Below are positions 18,174-29,265 of a stretch of DNA of 64,000 nucleotides, in pieces; positions within the stretch are counted from its first letter, which is position 1, and each line of letters begins with the position of its first letter. Source of the stretch: an uncultured Nitrospira sp. (lineage in GTDB: Bacteria > Nitrospirota > Nitrospiria > Nitrospirales > Nitrospiraceae); NCBI GenBank assembly GCA_902500785.1, contig CABVRW010000008.1:19095-83094 (forward strand). Reading direction: 5' to 3'. Made by a program: the position numbers and the translations under genes. Under the pieces are notes generated by a model that worked only from the letters and a program-made list of their open reading frames with translations, was not told the DNA's origin and did not search any database.

Positions 18174-19891
18174 TGACTGCGACACCTTTTCGTGGTCGCC
18201 GTCTCGTGGTGGCCTGCGGGCTGGTGGTGGCGTTTATGCTGGTGATTGTCCGCCTCGTGAACCTCCAGGTGATGCAGGCGGCGGAACTGACCGTGAAGGC
18301 CGACCGTCAACACCAGAAGAACGTTACCCTGGAAGGCGCGCGCGGGACGATCTACGATCGAAACAGCAAGGTGCTGGCAATGAATATGGATGTGCCCTCT
18401 GTCTTCGGAGTTCCCACCTCTCTCGGGAATCCCGGTCTCACGGCGCGCAATCTCTCGCCGATTCTCCACGTCAAGGCGACGGAACTCGAAAAGAAGTTGA
18501 AGCAGGACAAACATTTCGTGTGGCTCGCGAGAAAGTTGGAGCCCGAACAGGGGCGGCGGCTTGAGCGGCTGGCTCTCGATGGGGTCGGCGTCGTGATGGA
18601 GGGGCGCCGCTTCTATCCCAAGGGGCCCTTGCTGTCGCATGTGCTCGGATTTGCCGGTATGGATGATCGTGGGCTGGAGGGGGTGGAACTGCGCTATGAG
18701 CAATACCTGCGTGGTGAAAAGCGAGCGGTAGTGTTGCAGCGCGATGCGTTGGGCCGCGCCGTATTTCCGAAAGGACTCAACCAGGAAGGCGCGGCAGCGG
18801 GGAATAGTCTGACCCTCACCATAGATGAAGTGATTCAGTACATCGCCGAAAAAGAGCTGGATGAGGCCGTCACCGGGTCCAATGCCAAGTCCGGCACGAT
18901 CATTGTCATGAATCCCAAGACCGGTGCGGTGTTGGCCATGGCTGTCAGCCCGCGCTTCGACCCCAACACGGTCGGTGCGCTGCTCCCGGACCGATGGCGC
19001 AACCGCGCGCTGACGGACACCTATGAGCCGGGGTCCACCATGAAGTCCGTGATTGCGGCGGCGGCGCTCGAAGAGAAAGTGATGACGCCCGGGAGTATGA
19101 TCTATGGAGAGAACGGACAATTCTCCATCGCCAAAACGATCATTCACGATCACGAAAAAGCCGGATGGATGACCTTCGCACAGATGATTCAGAAGTCGAG
19201 CAATATCGGCGCGGCCAAAGTCGGCATGGCCTTGGGTGAATGGCGGGTATTCGATTATCTCAAGGAGTTCGGGTTCGGCGAAAAGACCGGCATCGATTTG
19301 CCTGGTGAAACAGCCGGGTTGCTGCGAGGACCACGTCAGTGGGGAAAGCGGTCCCTGGCTTCGATTTCTATGGGGCAGGAGATTGGCGTGACCCCGTTGC
19401 AGATGGTCACAGCCGTGTCGGCCATCGCGAACGGTGGCGTTCTGATGAAGCCCTACGTGGTCTCCGAAATCCGGAATGCCAAGGGACAATTGATGGCCGA
19501 AACCATGCCGCAGCCGAAACGGCGCGTTATCTCTGCCGATACGTCCAGGACCTTGACGACGCTGTTGGAGGGCGTGGTCACGGTTGGGACTGGTGGGAAG
19601 GCCGCGATTCCGGGCTTCCGAGTGGCCGGCAAAACCGGTACGGCTCAAAAGGTCGACCCCCGCACCGGTGCCTATTCTTCCACGTTGCTGGTCGGGTCTT
19701 TCCTCGGTTACGTTCCAGCGGAAGACCCCCGTCTGGCGATGATCGTGCTCATCGACGAACCGCGCGGTGAGGGCTGGGGTGGTGTCGTCGCAGCGCCGGT
19801 ATTCCGTCGTGTCGGCGAGCAGGTGCTCAATTATCTGGGTGTGGCGGTGGATGAACCGATCAAGCTAGCCATGGCCGGCGTTAAATCCTGA
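18173..19891 (+). CDS. ftsI: septal peptidoglycan transpeptidase PBP3
   Basis: RGTIYDRN, YEPGSTMK (SxxK), KSSN (SxN), GKTGTAQK. Confidence 0.97.
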   Translation: MTATPFRGRRLVVACGLVVAFMLVIVRLVNLQVMQAAELTVKADRQHQKNVTLEGARGTIYDRNSKVLAMNMDVPSVFGVPTSLGNPGLTARNLSPILHVKATELEKKLKQDKHFVWLARKLEPEQGRRLERLALDGVGVVMEGRRFYPKGPLLSHVLGFAGMDDRGLEGVELRYEQYLRGEKRAVVLQRDALGRAVFPKGLNQEGAAAGNSLTLTIDEVIQYIAEKELDEAVTGSNAKSGTIIVMNPKTGAVLAMAVSPRFDPNTVGALLPDRWRNRALTDTYEPGSTMKSVIAAAALEEKVMTPGSMIYGENGQFSIAKTIIHDHEKAGWMTFAQMIQKSSNIGAAKVGMALGEWRVFDYLKEFGFGEKTGIDLPGETAGLLRGPRQWGKRSLASISMGQEIGVTPLQMVTAVSAIANGGVLMKPYVVSEIRNAKGQLMAETMPQPKRRVISADTSRTLTTLLEGVVTVGTGGKAAIPGFRVAGKTGTAQKVDPRTGAYSSTLLVGSFLGYVPAEDPRLAMIVLIDEPRGEGWGGVVAAPVFRRVGEQVLNYLGVAVDEPIKLAMAGVKS

Positions 19892-19892
19892 T

Positions 19893-21401
19893 ATGACGCT
19901 TGATGAACTGATCAGTCCCATTCATGGGCGTCTCGGAGTGGTGGAGCTGACCGGAGACCAGCGCGTGACGGTTGCCGGCCTGACCGACGATTCTCGGACC
20001 GTGGGGCCTGGATCACTCTTCGTGGCCGTGCAGGGCGAGCGAGTCGATGGCCACGAGTTTTTAGATCGAGTGGTTGGCGCGGGGGCAGCGGCCGTGGTTG
20101 TGCAGCGACGCCTAGCGGTCGGCTCGATTCCTTCCGTTCGCGTGCAGGACTCGCGCGCGGCGCTGGGCATCCTTGGCAGCCGATTCTATGGGGATCCCTC
20201 CGTTGCGTTACGGATGATCGGTGTGACGGGGACCAATGGGAAGACCACGACGACCTATGTCGTCAAAACCATGCTCGAAGCCGTGAACCGGCAGGTCGGG
20301 CTCATCGGGACGGTCGCCTATCTTGTCGGGAAGGAGTCGATTCCCGCCTCCCATACCACACCGGGGGCGTTGGAGTTGCAGAAACTATTTGCACGGATGG
20401 TCGAGGCAAGGATGGATACGGTGGTGATGGAGGTGTCGTCTCATGCGCTGGCCTTGGAGCGGACCGCAGGCTCCGAGTTCGATGTCGCGGTGTTTACGAA
20501 CCTGACCCAAGATCATCTCGACTTTCATCTCGATATGGAACGGTATTTTCAGGCGAAGCTCAGACTCTTCACCGAGTTGGGGCAAGCGGGGGCGAGCAAG
20601 CCGCGGAAGCGAGCGATCATCAATGTGGATGATCCCTGGGGCGCGAGGATCTCTCAGGCCTGTACGGTTCCGGTGTGGACCTATGGTTTGCGCCAGCAGG
20701 CTGATCTCCGAGCGGAAGACGTCACGTTGTCGGCGGCCGGCACCAGCTTCACGTTGCGCAGCCCCCTCGGGAACTGTTCCATCCAGAGCCGACTGGTGGG
20801 CGAGCATAATGTCTACAACCTCTTGGCCGCCATCGGCGTGGTTTTGCAGGAAGGGTTGACGCTGGATCAAGTCCTCTCGGCCGTGGGAGCGGTCTCCCAC
20901 GTGCCCGGGCGGTTCGAGCGGGTCGAGGCAGGACAGGATTTCACGGTGGTGGTGGACTATGCGCATACGGAGGACGCTTTGGTGCGGTTGTTGGCAGCGG
21001 CCCAGGCGCTGCGCACCGGCCGCATCATTACCGTCTTCGGGTGCGGCGGGGATCGGGATCGGACCAAGCGCCCGAAGATGGGGCGTGCGGCCGTGCAGTA
21101 TAGTGACATGGTGATTCTGACGTCGGACAACCCGCGTACCGAGGATCCCGCCGCCATCCTGCGCGAAGTCGAGGTCGGGGTCAAAGAGGCGCTGGCCGAG
21201 CGAGGTCATGTTCACTATCGCATGATTGCGGATCGTCGGGCGGCAATCGAATCGGCCATTCGTGAGGCGAACACGGGAGATATGGTGTTGATCGCAGGGA
21301 AGGGGCACGAAGACTACCAGATCCTGGGAACCACGAAACATCATTTCGACGATCGGGAAGTCGCGCGCGACGCAATCGGCACACTCCGGCCAGGAGCCTA
21401 A
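19893..21401 (+). CDS. murE: UDP-MurNAc-dipeptide--meso-DAP ligase
   Basis: GVTGTNGKTTT, MEVSSH, VDYAHT, DNPR (mDAP-type), AGKGHE. Confidence 0.97.
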   Translation: MTLDELISPIHGRLGVVELTGDQRVTVAGLTDDSRTVGPGSLFVAVQGERVDGHEFLDRVVGAGAAAVVVQRRLAVGSIPSVRVQDSRAALGILGSRFYGDPSVALRMIGVTGTNGKTTTTYVVKTMLEAVNRQVGLIGTVAYLVGKESIPASHTTPGALELQKLFARMVEARMDTVVMEVSSHALALERTAGSEFDVAVFTNLTQDHLDFHLDMERYFQAKLRLFTELGQAGASKPRKRAIINVDDPWGARISQACTVPVWTYGLRQQADLRAEDVTLSAAGTSFTLRSPLGNCSIQSRLVGEHNVYNLLAAIGVVLQEGLTLDQVLSAVGAVSHVPGRFERVEAGQDFTVVVDYAHTEDALVRLLAAAQALRTGRIITVFGCGGDRDRTKRPKMGRAAVQYSDMVILTSDNPRTEDPAAILREVEVGVKEALAERGHVHYRMIADRRAAIESAIREANTGDMVLIAGKGHEDYQILGTTKHHFDDREVARDAIGTLRPGA

Positions 21402-21440
21402 GCGAGGGAACGCATGCGGGAGCATGGAAGTCGGGGTCTC

Positions 21441-22877
21441 ATGGCGCTGTTTACCGTGGAAGAGATCTGTGAAGTCTTGAGCGTCAGACCGCCGGCGGGG
21501 CTGGGGCCCGCAGGCTTAAAACAACGGATCCGACGCGTGGTGACCGATTCACGTTTGGTGCGTAAGGGTGACCTGTTTATCGCCTTTCAGGGCGAACGAT
21601 TCGACGGGCATGCGTTCGTCTCGAAGGTGTTGGCGCAGGGTGCCGTCTGCGCCATCGTGCAGGAGGATTATCGATTGCCGCCGGCGCGGAAACATGCCGG
21701 GGTGGCCATCTTGCTCGGGGTCAGGGATACGCTCGAAGCCTATCAACGGCTGGCCACGCACTATCGCAATCGATTTCTCATTCCGGTCATCGCCATCACG
21801 GGGAGCAACGGCAAGACGACGACGAAGGAAATGGTCGCCCATGTGGTCGCTCAGCGCTGGAAAACGCTCAAGACCGAGGGCAATCTCAATAATCGTATCG
21901 GAGTTCCCCAAACCCTGTTTCAACTGGCGCCGCGCCATCAGGCTGCCGTGATCGAAATGGGAGTGGATCAACAGGGGCAAACGACTCGGCTTTGCGAAAT
22001 CGCGCGGCCTAGGATCGGCGTGATTACCAATATCGGACCGGACCATCTGGAATTCTTTGGAAGTATGGAAGGGTCCGCCCAAGCCAAAGCCGAGTTGCTC
22101 GACCATTTACCGCAGGACGGTGCGGTGGTGTTGAACGCCGACGACGAGTATTTTGACTATCTCGCAGCTCGGGCGCAGTCTCGGGTCGTGGCATTCGGAG
22201 TGTCTCCGAAAGCCGCGGTTCGCGCCGTAAATATTCGGAGCGATGAAAAGGGCGGAACGGTCTTCGGGCTGATGATGCCGGGCAGAAGTCGTCAGACGGA
22301 AATTCGAATCCGGACGCAGGGCCGGCACAATGTGAGCAACGCCCTGGCGGCTGCCGCTGTGGGGTATGCATTGGGCTTGTCGGGGACAGCTATCGCCGAA
22401 GGATTAGCCAAGTTTCGCCCGGCTGCGATGCGATCTCAGATCAGTACCTCCCATGGGGTGCAGGTGATCAACGATTGCTACAACGCCAATCCGGCCTCAA
22501 TGCAAGCGGCCATTCAGCTTCTGGCGGAACTCGGCCGGGGGAAACGTTCGATTGCGGCGCTGGGCGACATGTTGGAATTGGGCGCGGACAGCAAACGGAT
22601 GCACCGTGAGGTGGGAGCGTTTCTCGCCGCTCAAGGGATCGGACATCTGCTGGCCTGCGGTGACTTGGGGCGAGAGTTGGCTGAAGGGGCGCGACAGGCT
22701 GGCATGGCGTCCGACCGGATCGCTGAACTGCCCGATGCGGCTGCCGCGGCCGCGGTCCTGGCGCGGATGGTCCGCCAGGGAGACGTTGTGTTGATCAAGG
22801 CCTCGCGAGGGATGCGAATGGAGCAGGTGGTGGAAGTCGTGACGGGGATGCGACGGGTCGCACGAAAGGCCTGCTAG
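21441..22877 (+). CDS. murF: UDP-MurNAc-tripeptide--D-Ala-D-Ala ligase
   Basis: AITGSNGKTTTKE, GNLNNRIG, NDCYNANPAS, KASRGM; alternative start 21414. Confidence 0.97.
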   Translation: MALFTVEEICEVLSVRPPAGLGPAGLKQRIRRVVTDSRLVRKGDLFIAFQGERFDGHAFVSKVLAQGAVCAIVQEDYRLPPARKHAGVAILLGVRDTLEAYQRLATHYRNRFLIPVIAITGSNGKTTTKEMVAHVVAQRWKTLKTEGNLNNRIGVPQTLFQLAPRHQAAVIEMGVDQQGQTTRLCEIARPRIGVITNIGPDHLEFFGSMEGSAQAKAELLDHLPQDGAVVLNADDEYFDYLAARAQSRVVAFGVSPKAAVRAVNIRSDEKGGTVFGLMMPGRSRQTEIRIRTQGRHNVSNALAAAAVGYALGLSGTAIAEGLAKFRPAAMRSQISTSHGVQVINDCYNANPASMQAAIQLLAELGRGKRSIAALGDMLELGADSKRMHREVGAFLAAQGIGHLLACGDLGRELAEGARQAGMASDRIAELPDAAAAAAVLARMVRQGDVVLIKASRGMRMEQVVEVVTGMRRVARKAC

Positions 22878-22941
22878 TCGGCAGGGACATGCAAGGGAGC
22901 TTTAGGGTCCGCTGATCCATAGCGGGCACAGATGCCGTAGG

Positions 22942-24018
22942 ATGCTATACAACTGGCTATACCCACTTCACACACAGTTTTCGTTTCTGAACGTCTTTCG
23001 GTACCAGAGCTTCCGGATTATCTATGCGGCGGTCACGGCGTTTCTGATCGCCTTTGTCATGGCCCCCTGGGTCATCCGGAAATTGCAGGAGATTAAGCTC
23101 GGCCAGCAGATTCGGGACGATGGGCCGAAGCGGCACTTGGCCAAAAGCGGAACGCCGACCATGGGCGGGATTCTCATCATCTTCGCGGTGGTGCTGTCCA
23201 CTCTGCTGTGGGCCGATATGACCAACCGGTACGTCTGGATGGTGGTGGTGGCGACCGTGGGATTTGGGGCGGTCGGATTCGCCGATGACTATCTCAAATT
23301 CATCAAGCGGCAATCGAAGGGGCTCTCGGCAGGACAGAAGTTCACGTGCCAGATTCTGGTGGCGTTGACCATCGGGGTCTTTCTGTACACGTTGCCCAGT
23401 TATACGACCAAACTGAGCGTGCCGTTCTTCAAATACTTCACGCCCGATCTGGGCTGGTTCTACATCGTGTTCGTCATTCTTGTCATTGTCGGCAGCTCCA
23501 ACGCCGTCAATTTGACGGACGGACTCGATGGGTTGGCGATCGGTCCGGTCATGATCGCCTCGCTGGCCTATACGATTGTGGCCTATGTGACCGGGAATCG
23601 GGTGATGGCCGAATATTTGCTTATTCCCTATATCGAAGGCGCAGGAGAAATCGCCATCTTTACCGGAGCCATCTTGGGATCGAGTCTGGGCTTTTTGTGG
23701 TTCAACACCTATCCGGCATCTGTCTTTATGGGGGATGTGGGATCGCTCCCCTTAGGAGCGGCACTCGGCACGGTGGCCGTCATTAGTAAGCATGAATTGC
23801 TGTTGCTCCTGGTCGGCGGCGTGTTCGTGATCGAAGCGCTGTCGGTCATCTTGCAGGTCGGTTCGTATAAGCTTCGGGGGAAACGTATCTTCAACATGGC
23901 TCCCATCCACCATCACTTTGAGATGAAGGGGTGGGACGAACCGAAGGTCGTCGTGCGTCTGTGGATCATTGCCATCTTGCTGGCATTGCTCAGCTTGAGC
24001 ACGCTCAAACTGCGGTAG
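22942..24018 (+). CDS. mraY: phospho-MurNAc-pentapeptide transferase
   Basis: [36 protein letters not shown]. Confidence 0.98.
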   Translation: MLYNWLYPLHTQFSFLNVFRYQSFRIIYAAVTAFLIAFVMAPWVIRKLQEIKLGQQIRDDGPKRHLAKSGTPTMGGILIIFAVVLSTLLWADMTNRYVWMVVVATVGFGAVGFADDYLKFIKRQSKGLSAGQKFTCQILVALTIGVFLYTLPSYTTKLSVPFFKYFTPDLGWFYIVFVILVIVGSSNAVNLTDGLDGLAIGPVMIASLAYTIVAYVTGNRVMAEYLLIPYIEGAGEIAIFTGAILGSSLGFLWFNTYPASVFMGDVGSLPLGAALGTVAVISKHELLLLLVGGVFVIEALSVILQVGSYKLRGKRIFNMAPIHHHFEMKGWDEPKVVVRLWIIAILLALLSLSTLKLR

Positions 24019-24027
24019 GCGCGTCGC

Positions 24028-25416
24028 ATGAATGTCAAAGATCAGCACGTCACGGTCGTCGGGTTAGCGCGAAGCGGCGTCGCCGCCGCGCGGTTGCTGG
24101 ATCAGCTCGGCGCAAAGGTGACGGTGGCGGATCGGAAAGAGCCGCAGGAACTAGATGCCGTGTTATCACAACTGGACCAGGGAAAAATCGCGGTGAATGT
24201 GGGGGCGCAGTATGAATCGGCGCTGGACCTGGCCGATCTCGTGGTCATCAGCCCCGGCGTTCCCACGCAGCTCGAGGCGCTCAAGCGAGTGCGGGCTCGC
24301 GGGGGGCGTGTGATTGGAGAATTGGAATTAGCCTCCCGATTTGTGACCGCGCCGATCGTAGCGGTGACCGGAACCAATGGGAAGAGCACGACGGTGACGT
24401 TGATCGGCAAGTTTTTGCAGGAGAGCGGGAAGCGCGCATTCGTCGGCGGCAATCTCGGCATCGCAGCCAGTGAAGCGGCACTCCACGGCCTCGCGATACA
24501 GTCGGGAACCGCTGCGCCCTATGAGTATGTCGTGTTGGAGGTGTCCAGTTTCCAGCTGGAGACGACCGAGCAGTTCCATCCCTGGATCGCGACGGTGTTG
24601 AACGTGACCTTGGATCACATGGATCGGTATGCCTCGGTGGACGACTATGTGGCGGCGAAAGCGAACATCTTTGCCAATCAAACGGCCGGCGACTACTCCC
24701 TATTCAACTTGGACGACGCGCGGGTCGCCGGGCTTCGCGGGCGCACGAAGGCCTCCGTGTTAGGGTTTAGCCGCAGCGTCGCCAGCGCAGCGGGTGTCGT
24801 GGGAGCTACGGTGCTGGACGGAGACTGGATCGTGACGACGGTTCGGGGGACGCGAGAGGAAATTTGTCGCCGGAGCGACATGCGGCTGATCGGACTCCAT
24901 AACGTGGAGAATGTGATGGCGGCCGTGACGTATGGCCTGCTCTGCGGCTGTACCATCGAGGCCATTCGCACGGTACTCCGCTCGTTTCCCGGTCTGGAGC
25001 ATGCCCTCGAGGTGGTGCGCGAGCGCCGGGGGGTTCGCTTCGTGAACGACTCAAAGGGGACCAATGTCGATGCGGTGCTGAAGGCCTTGGAGGGAATTGA
25101 GCAGCCGATCTGGTTGATTGCCGGAGGACGTGACAAGGGGGGCGACTTCTCTCGCCTCGAAGGCGCAATCCGAGCAGGGGTGAAGGGGCTCATTCTCATC
25201 GGCGAGGCAGCCGGCCGTATTCAGGCTGCGATGGGTGATTTTGACCGATGTCGTCCTGCAGCGACTCTCCGCGACGCCGTGGAGCTTGCTGCTCGCGAGG
25301 CGCAGCCCGGTGAGGTGGTCTTACTCTCGCCGGCCTGCGCCAGTTTTGACATGTTCGCGGATTATCAAGACCGGGGCCGGCAATTTAAGGCGCTGGTGCA
25401 GGCGCTGCCGGCTTGA
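24028..25416 (+). CDS. murD: UDP-MurNAc-L-Ala--D-Glu ligase
   Basis: [36 protein letters not shown]. Confidence 0.97.
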   Translation: MNVKDQHVTVVGLARSGVAAARLLDQLGAKVTVADRKEPQELDAVLSQLDQGKIAVNVGAQYESALDLADLVVISPGVPTQLEALKRVRARGGRVIGELELASRFVTAPIVAVTGTNGKSTTVTLIGKFLQESGKRAFVGGNLGIAASEAALHGLAIQSGTAAPYEYVVLEVSSFQLETTEQFHPWIATVLNVTLDHMDRYASVDDYVAAKANIFANQTAGDYSLFNLDDARVAGLRGRTKASVLGFSRSVASAAGVVGATVLDGDWIVTTVRGTREEICRRSDMRLIGLHNVENVMAAVTYGLLCGCTIEAIRTVLRSFPGLEHALEVVRERRGVRFVNDSKGTNVDAVLKALEGIEQPIWLIAGGRDKGGDFSRLEGAIRAGVKGLILIGEAAGRIQAAMGDFDRCRPAATLRDAVELAAREAQPGEVVLLSPACASFDMFADYQDRGRQFKALVQALPA

Positions 25417-25451
25417 GGTCGGATGCGCACGGGAGGATCGACAGCTGAACG

Positions 25452-26660
25452 ATGGCACAACATGCGCTCGGGACACTGACGTTGCCCTGGTCGATCTCGA
25501 GCCCACGGGCTTCCAAACGCGTGCCGGTCGACCCGGCGCTCTTGGCGATCACGCTGGTGCTTGCGCTGGTGGGGGTCGTGATGGTGTACAGCGCCAGTGC
25601 GGTGGTGGCAGGAATTCGGTATCACGATTCATGGTACTTCCTCAAGCGCCAGCTGGCCTGGTTGGCCGCTGGTCTGCTGGTGATGCATCTCATTTCGAAG
25701 ATCGACTATACCATTTGGAAGAAACTGTCGATTCCGCTGTTGTTCATGACGGCAGTGTTGCTGGTATTGGTGCTGGTCCCCTCACTCGGCAGTGCGGCCA
25801 AGGGGGCGCGTCGATGGCTGCATCTCGGTCCGATCAACATTCAACCGGCCGAGCTGACCAAGTTTATGGCGGTGATTTACGTCGCGGCCTATTTGAGCAA
25901 GAAGCAGGACCAGCTCAACCATTTTTCACGCGGGTTGTTACCGCCCTTGATTGTGCTCGGCCTGCTCAGCGGATTGGTCTTGCTGGAGCCGGATCTGGGC
26001 ACCGTCGTGGTGATGGGTTTGGTCGTCGTCACCATGCTGTTTCTAGCCGGTGCGCGCATCAAACATCTCGGCCTCCTCTCGCTCTGTGCCTTGCCGGCGG
26101 TGGCGGCGCTGATTTTTGGATCGAGTTATCGGCGGCAGCGTATATTGGAGTTTCTGCATTCTGCGAAGGATCCGACCGGCGCAGGGTATCAAATCAATCA
26201 GTCGTTTTTGGCATTCGGCAGCGGCGGACCATTTGGTGTGGGGCTGGGCGAGGGGAAGCAGAAGTTGTTTTTTCTGCCGGAGGCGCATACGGACTTCGTG
26301 CTGGCGCTGGTCGGCGAAGAGTTGGGGTTGGTCGGGAGTGTGGCGATCGTGCTGCTGTTCGGTCTGTTCGTCATCAAGGGGTTTCAGATCGCGGGGCGGG
26401 CGCGGCACCCGTTCGGTCGGCATCTGGCGATGGGCATCACCATGCTGGTCGGTATGCAGGCCTTGGTCAATGCGGGTGTGGTGACCGGACTCTTGCCCAC
26501 GAAGGGACTGACCCTGCCGTTCGTCAGCTACGGCGGGTCGTCATTGGTGGCCAATTTGTGCGGGGTAGGAATTTTATTGAGCATTTCACGCGATCGGCAA
26601 GGTGGGAAGGAAAGCAGCGGGCCGCGAGTCGTGCGCAAGCGTGGAGTGGTAACAGAATGA
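25452..26660 (+). CDS. ftsW: SEDS peptidoglycan polymerase FtsW
   Basis: GARRWL, IQPAELTK, LEPDLGT, FLPEAHTDF, TLPFVSYGGSS. Confidence 0.97.
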   Translation: MAQHALGTLTLPWSISSPRASKRVPVDPALLAITLVLALVGVVMVYSASAVVAGIRYHDSWYFLKRQLAWLAAGLLVMHLISKIDYTIWKKLSIPLLFMTAVLLVLVLVPSLGSAAKGARRWLHLGPINIQPAELTKFMAVIYVAAYLSKKQDQLNHFSRGLLPPLIVLGLLSGLVLLEPDLGTVVVMGLVVVTMLFLAGARIKHLGLLSLCALPAVAALIFGSSYRRQRILEFLHSAKDPTGAGYQINQSFLAFGSGGPFGVGLGEGKQKLFFLPEAHTDFVLALVGEELGLVGSVAIVLLFGLFVIKGFQIAGRARHPFGRHLAMGITMLVGMQALVNAGVVTGLLPTKGLTLPFVSYGGSSLVANLCGVGILLSISRDRQGGKESSGPRVVRKRGVVTE

Positions 26661-27778
26661 ACGTGGTGATCGCAGCCGGTGGAACGGGAGGCCATCTCTA
26701 TCCGGCCGTTGCCGTCGCGCGTGAGTTTTTGCGGCGCGATCCGTCCACCCATATTCTGTTTGTCGGCACCACGCGTGGAATCGAACGCAAAGTCTTGGCC
26801 CATGAAGGCTTCTCCTTACAGTGCATTGATGCCAACCCCTTGATGGGGAAGAGTCCTTTCGAGATCGTCAAGTCCGTGATGACCTTGCCGAGGAGTCTTT
26901 GGCAATCGCTGGGAATCCTCAAGCAGCAGGGGGCCGATCTCGTGTTCGGCGTGGGCGGGTACACCAGTCCGGCGATGCTCGTGGCGGCGTTTCTGCGGAG
27001 GATTCCCGGGGTGATTCTTGAGCCGAATGCCTATCCCGGCATGGCGAACAAAGCGGTCGCGCCCTTTGTGCAGCGGATATTTCTGGCCTTCGAGTCGACC
27101 GTGAAATTTTTCGATCGTGGCAAGATCAGCGTGGTGGGGACACCCGTCCGGCAGGCGTTTCTGGAATCGGTCGACCCGGATGCGGGCCGACCGGGCGCAC
27201 GCGCCACTCGGCATCTATTGATTTTCGGCGGGAGTCAGGGCGCGAAGGCCATCAACTCGGCGGTGATCGACGCCCTGCCGATGCTCGCCGACATGAAGGA
27301 CCGGCTCCTCATCACGCATCAAACCGGTGAGGCGGACCATGCCCGAGTCGTGGCCGCATATGCCGAGGCCGGGATCTTCGCGCAGGTGGTGCCCTTCCTC
27401 TTCGACATGCCGACGGTGCTTCGAAGCGTCGATCTCGTAGTGGCGCGGGCCGGAGCCATGACGATTGCCGAACTCACGGCCTGTGGAAAGGCGGCGATTT
27501 TGATTCCGCTTCCGAAGGCGATCTACAACCACCAACTGCGGAACGCCGAGGTCATGGCCCAAGCCGGGGCCGCCCTGCTCCTGCCGCAGGCGGATTTGAC
27601 CGGTGCCGCTTTGGCGCAAGCCGTCACGGAGCTTCTGCGAGAGCCGCAACGCTTGCAGGCCATGAGTCGACACAGTTGGAATATGCGACGTAGCGATGCG
27701 GCGGAAACCATCGTTCGTGAGTGTTACGACGTCATAAGGAGGCGCCATGAGACCAGCGGGAGCGCTCGCGCCCTATGA
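26657..27778 (+). CDS. murG: lipid II GlcNAc transferase
   Basis: AAGGTGGHLYP, GVGGYTS, IFGGSQGA, ARAGAMT, HQLRNA; true start 26657 inside the longer called ORF. Confidence 0.97.
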   Translation: MNVVIAAGGTGGHLYPAVAVAREFLRRDPSTHILFVGTTRGIERKVLAHEGFSLQCIDANPLMGKSPFEIVKSVMTLPRSLWQSLGILKQQGADLVFGVGGYTSPAMLVAAFLRRIPGVILEPNAYPGMANKAVAPFVQRIFLAFESTVKFFDRGKISVVGTPVRQAFLESVDPDAGRPGARATRHLLIFGGSQGAKAINSAVIDALPMLADMKDRLLITHQTGEADHARVVAAYAEAGIFAQVVPFLFDMPTVLRSVDLVVARAGAMTIAELTACGKAAILIPLPKAIYNHQLRNAEVMAQAGAALLLPQADLTGAALAQAVTELLREPQRLQAMSRHSWNMRRSDAAETIVRECYDVIRRRHETSGSARAL

Positions 27779-27860
27779 ACAACGAGACCGGGAGGCACAG
27801 CAGCATGACAAGAACGGCGCACACAGACCATTTCGCGAGCAAGGACTAAGGCGGACGGCC

Positions 27861-29249
27861 ATGTTCAGAAAGACACAGCATATTCATCTGGTGGGGATCG
27901 GCGGTTCAGGAATGAGCGGGATCGCCGAAGTGCTGCTGACGCTTGGATACAAAGTCAGCGGTTCGGATCTGAGCCAGTCGGAAACGACCCGACGGCTTGA
28001 GGAATTGGGCGGGCGCATCGCCATCGGCCACCACGAGTCCAATATCGGCGAGGCGCAAGTGGTGGTGATCTCCTCCGCGGTGGCCGCCGCCAATCCCGAA
28101 GTGGTCGCGGCGAAAGCGCGGCAGATTCCGGTGATTCCGCGCGCCGAGATGTTGGCGGAATTGATGCGGTTGAAATTCGGTGTCGCGATCGCCGGCGCGC
28201 ACGGCAAGACAACGACCACCTCGATGGTGGCCAATGTGCTGGCGCAAGGCGGGTTGGATCCCACCATGGTCATCGGCGGCAAGGTCAACGCGTTGGGGAG
28301 CCACGCCCGGCTGGGACGCGGCGATCTGCTCATTGCGGAAGCCGATGAGAGTGACGGGTCGTTCCTCCGCTTGGCCCCGACCATCGCCGCGGTGACGAAT
28401 ATCGACCGCGAGCACCTGGACCATTACGGAAGCATGGAGCGGCTCAACGACAGTTTTCTGGAGTTTGTGAACAAGGTGCCGTTTTATGGTTTGGCGGTCC
28501 TCTGCGCCGACGATGAGCGTTTGCGCAATCTCCTTCCGCATGTGGTCAAGCGGTATCAGACGTACGGGCTGGATGAGCATCCGGGTTTGGTGCCTGACTT
28601 TCGAGCCACCGACATCAATTTGCGGCAGTGGGGCTCGGAGTTTCGCGTGTTCTTTCGTGGGCGAAACCTCGGTCCGTTCCGGCTGTCCATTCCCGGCATC
28701 CACAATGTGTCGAATTCGTTGATCGCGATCGCCATCGGCGTCGAGTTGGATATTCCCGTCGATCTCATTCGGAAAGGCCTCGCGGCGTTCAGCGGAGTGG
28801 AGCGGCGGTTTCATCTACGCGGGGAGAAAGCCGGCATCATGGTCGTGGACGACTATGGGCATCATCCGACCGAAGTGCGGGCCACGATCGCAGCGGCGAA
28901 GCAAGGCTGGGATCGACGCGTGATCGTGTTGTTCCAGCCGCATCGGTACAGCCGTTCGCGCGATCTGATGGAGGAATTCGCCCATGCGTTCGATCAGGCG
29001 GATGTGCTCTTTATGACGGAGATTTATGCGGCCGGCGAACAACCGATTCCCGGCGTGTCCGGTGAGAAGCTGGTGGAGGCCGTGCGTGCCGCCGGGCACC
29101 CGTCGGCCACCTTTCTGGAGCGCAAGGACACGATGGCTGACCAGGTGCTGCCCACGTTGAAATCCGGGGATCTCGTGATTACCCTCGGTGCAGGGGATAT
29201 TTGGAAAACAGGGTTGGCGATCCTTGAGCGGTTGCCGGCCTCGGACTAG
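27861..29249 (+). CDS. murC: UDP-MurNAc--L-alanine ligase
   Basis: HLVGIGGSGMSG, AGAHGKTTTT, EADESDGSF, DDYGHHPTE, FQPHRYSR. Confidence 0.98.
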   Translation: MFRKTQHIHLVGIGGSGMSGIAEVLLTLGYKVSGSDLSQSETTRRLEELGGRIAIGHHESNIGEAQVVVISSAVAAANPEVVAAKARQIPVIPRAEMLAELMRLKFGVAIAGAHGKTTTTSMVANVLAQGGLDPTMVIGGKVNALGSHARLGRGDLLIAEADESDGSFLRLAPTIAAVTNIDREHLDHYGSMERLNDSFLEFVNKVPFYGLAVLCADDERLRNLLPHVVKRYQTYGLDEHPGLVPDFRATDINLRQWGSEFRVFFRGRNLGPFRLSIPGIHNVSNSLIAIAIGVELDIPVDLIRKGLAAFSGVERRFHLRGEKAGIMVVDDYGHHPTEVRATIAAAKQGWDRRVIVLFQPHRYSRSRDLMEEFAHAFDQADVLFMTEIYAAGEQPIPGVSGEKLVEAVRAAGHPSATFLERKDTMADQVLPTLKSGDLVITLGAGDIWKTGLAILERLPASD

Positions 29250-29265
29250 TACGAGGCTTACGACG

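Noticed and set aside
17921-19648. 575-aa antisense ORF opposite ftsL/ftsI
   Set aside because: Shadow ORF typical of GC-rich codon bias; no recognisable motifs; fully overlaps essential genes
25235-26656. 5' extension making murG look 847 aa (apparent fusion)
   Set aside because: Overlaps murD and ftsW in another frame; MurG motifs begin at ATG 26657
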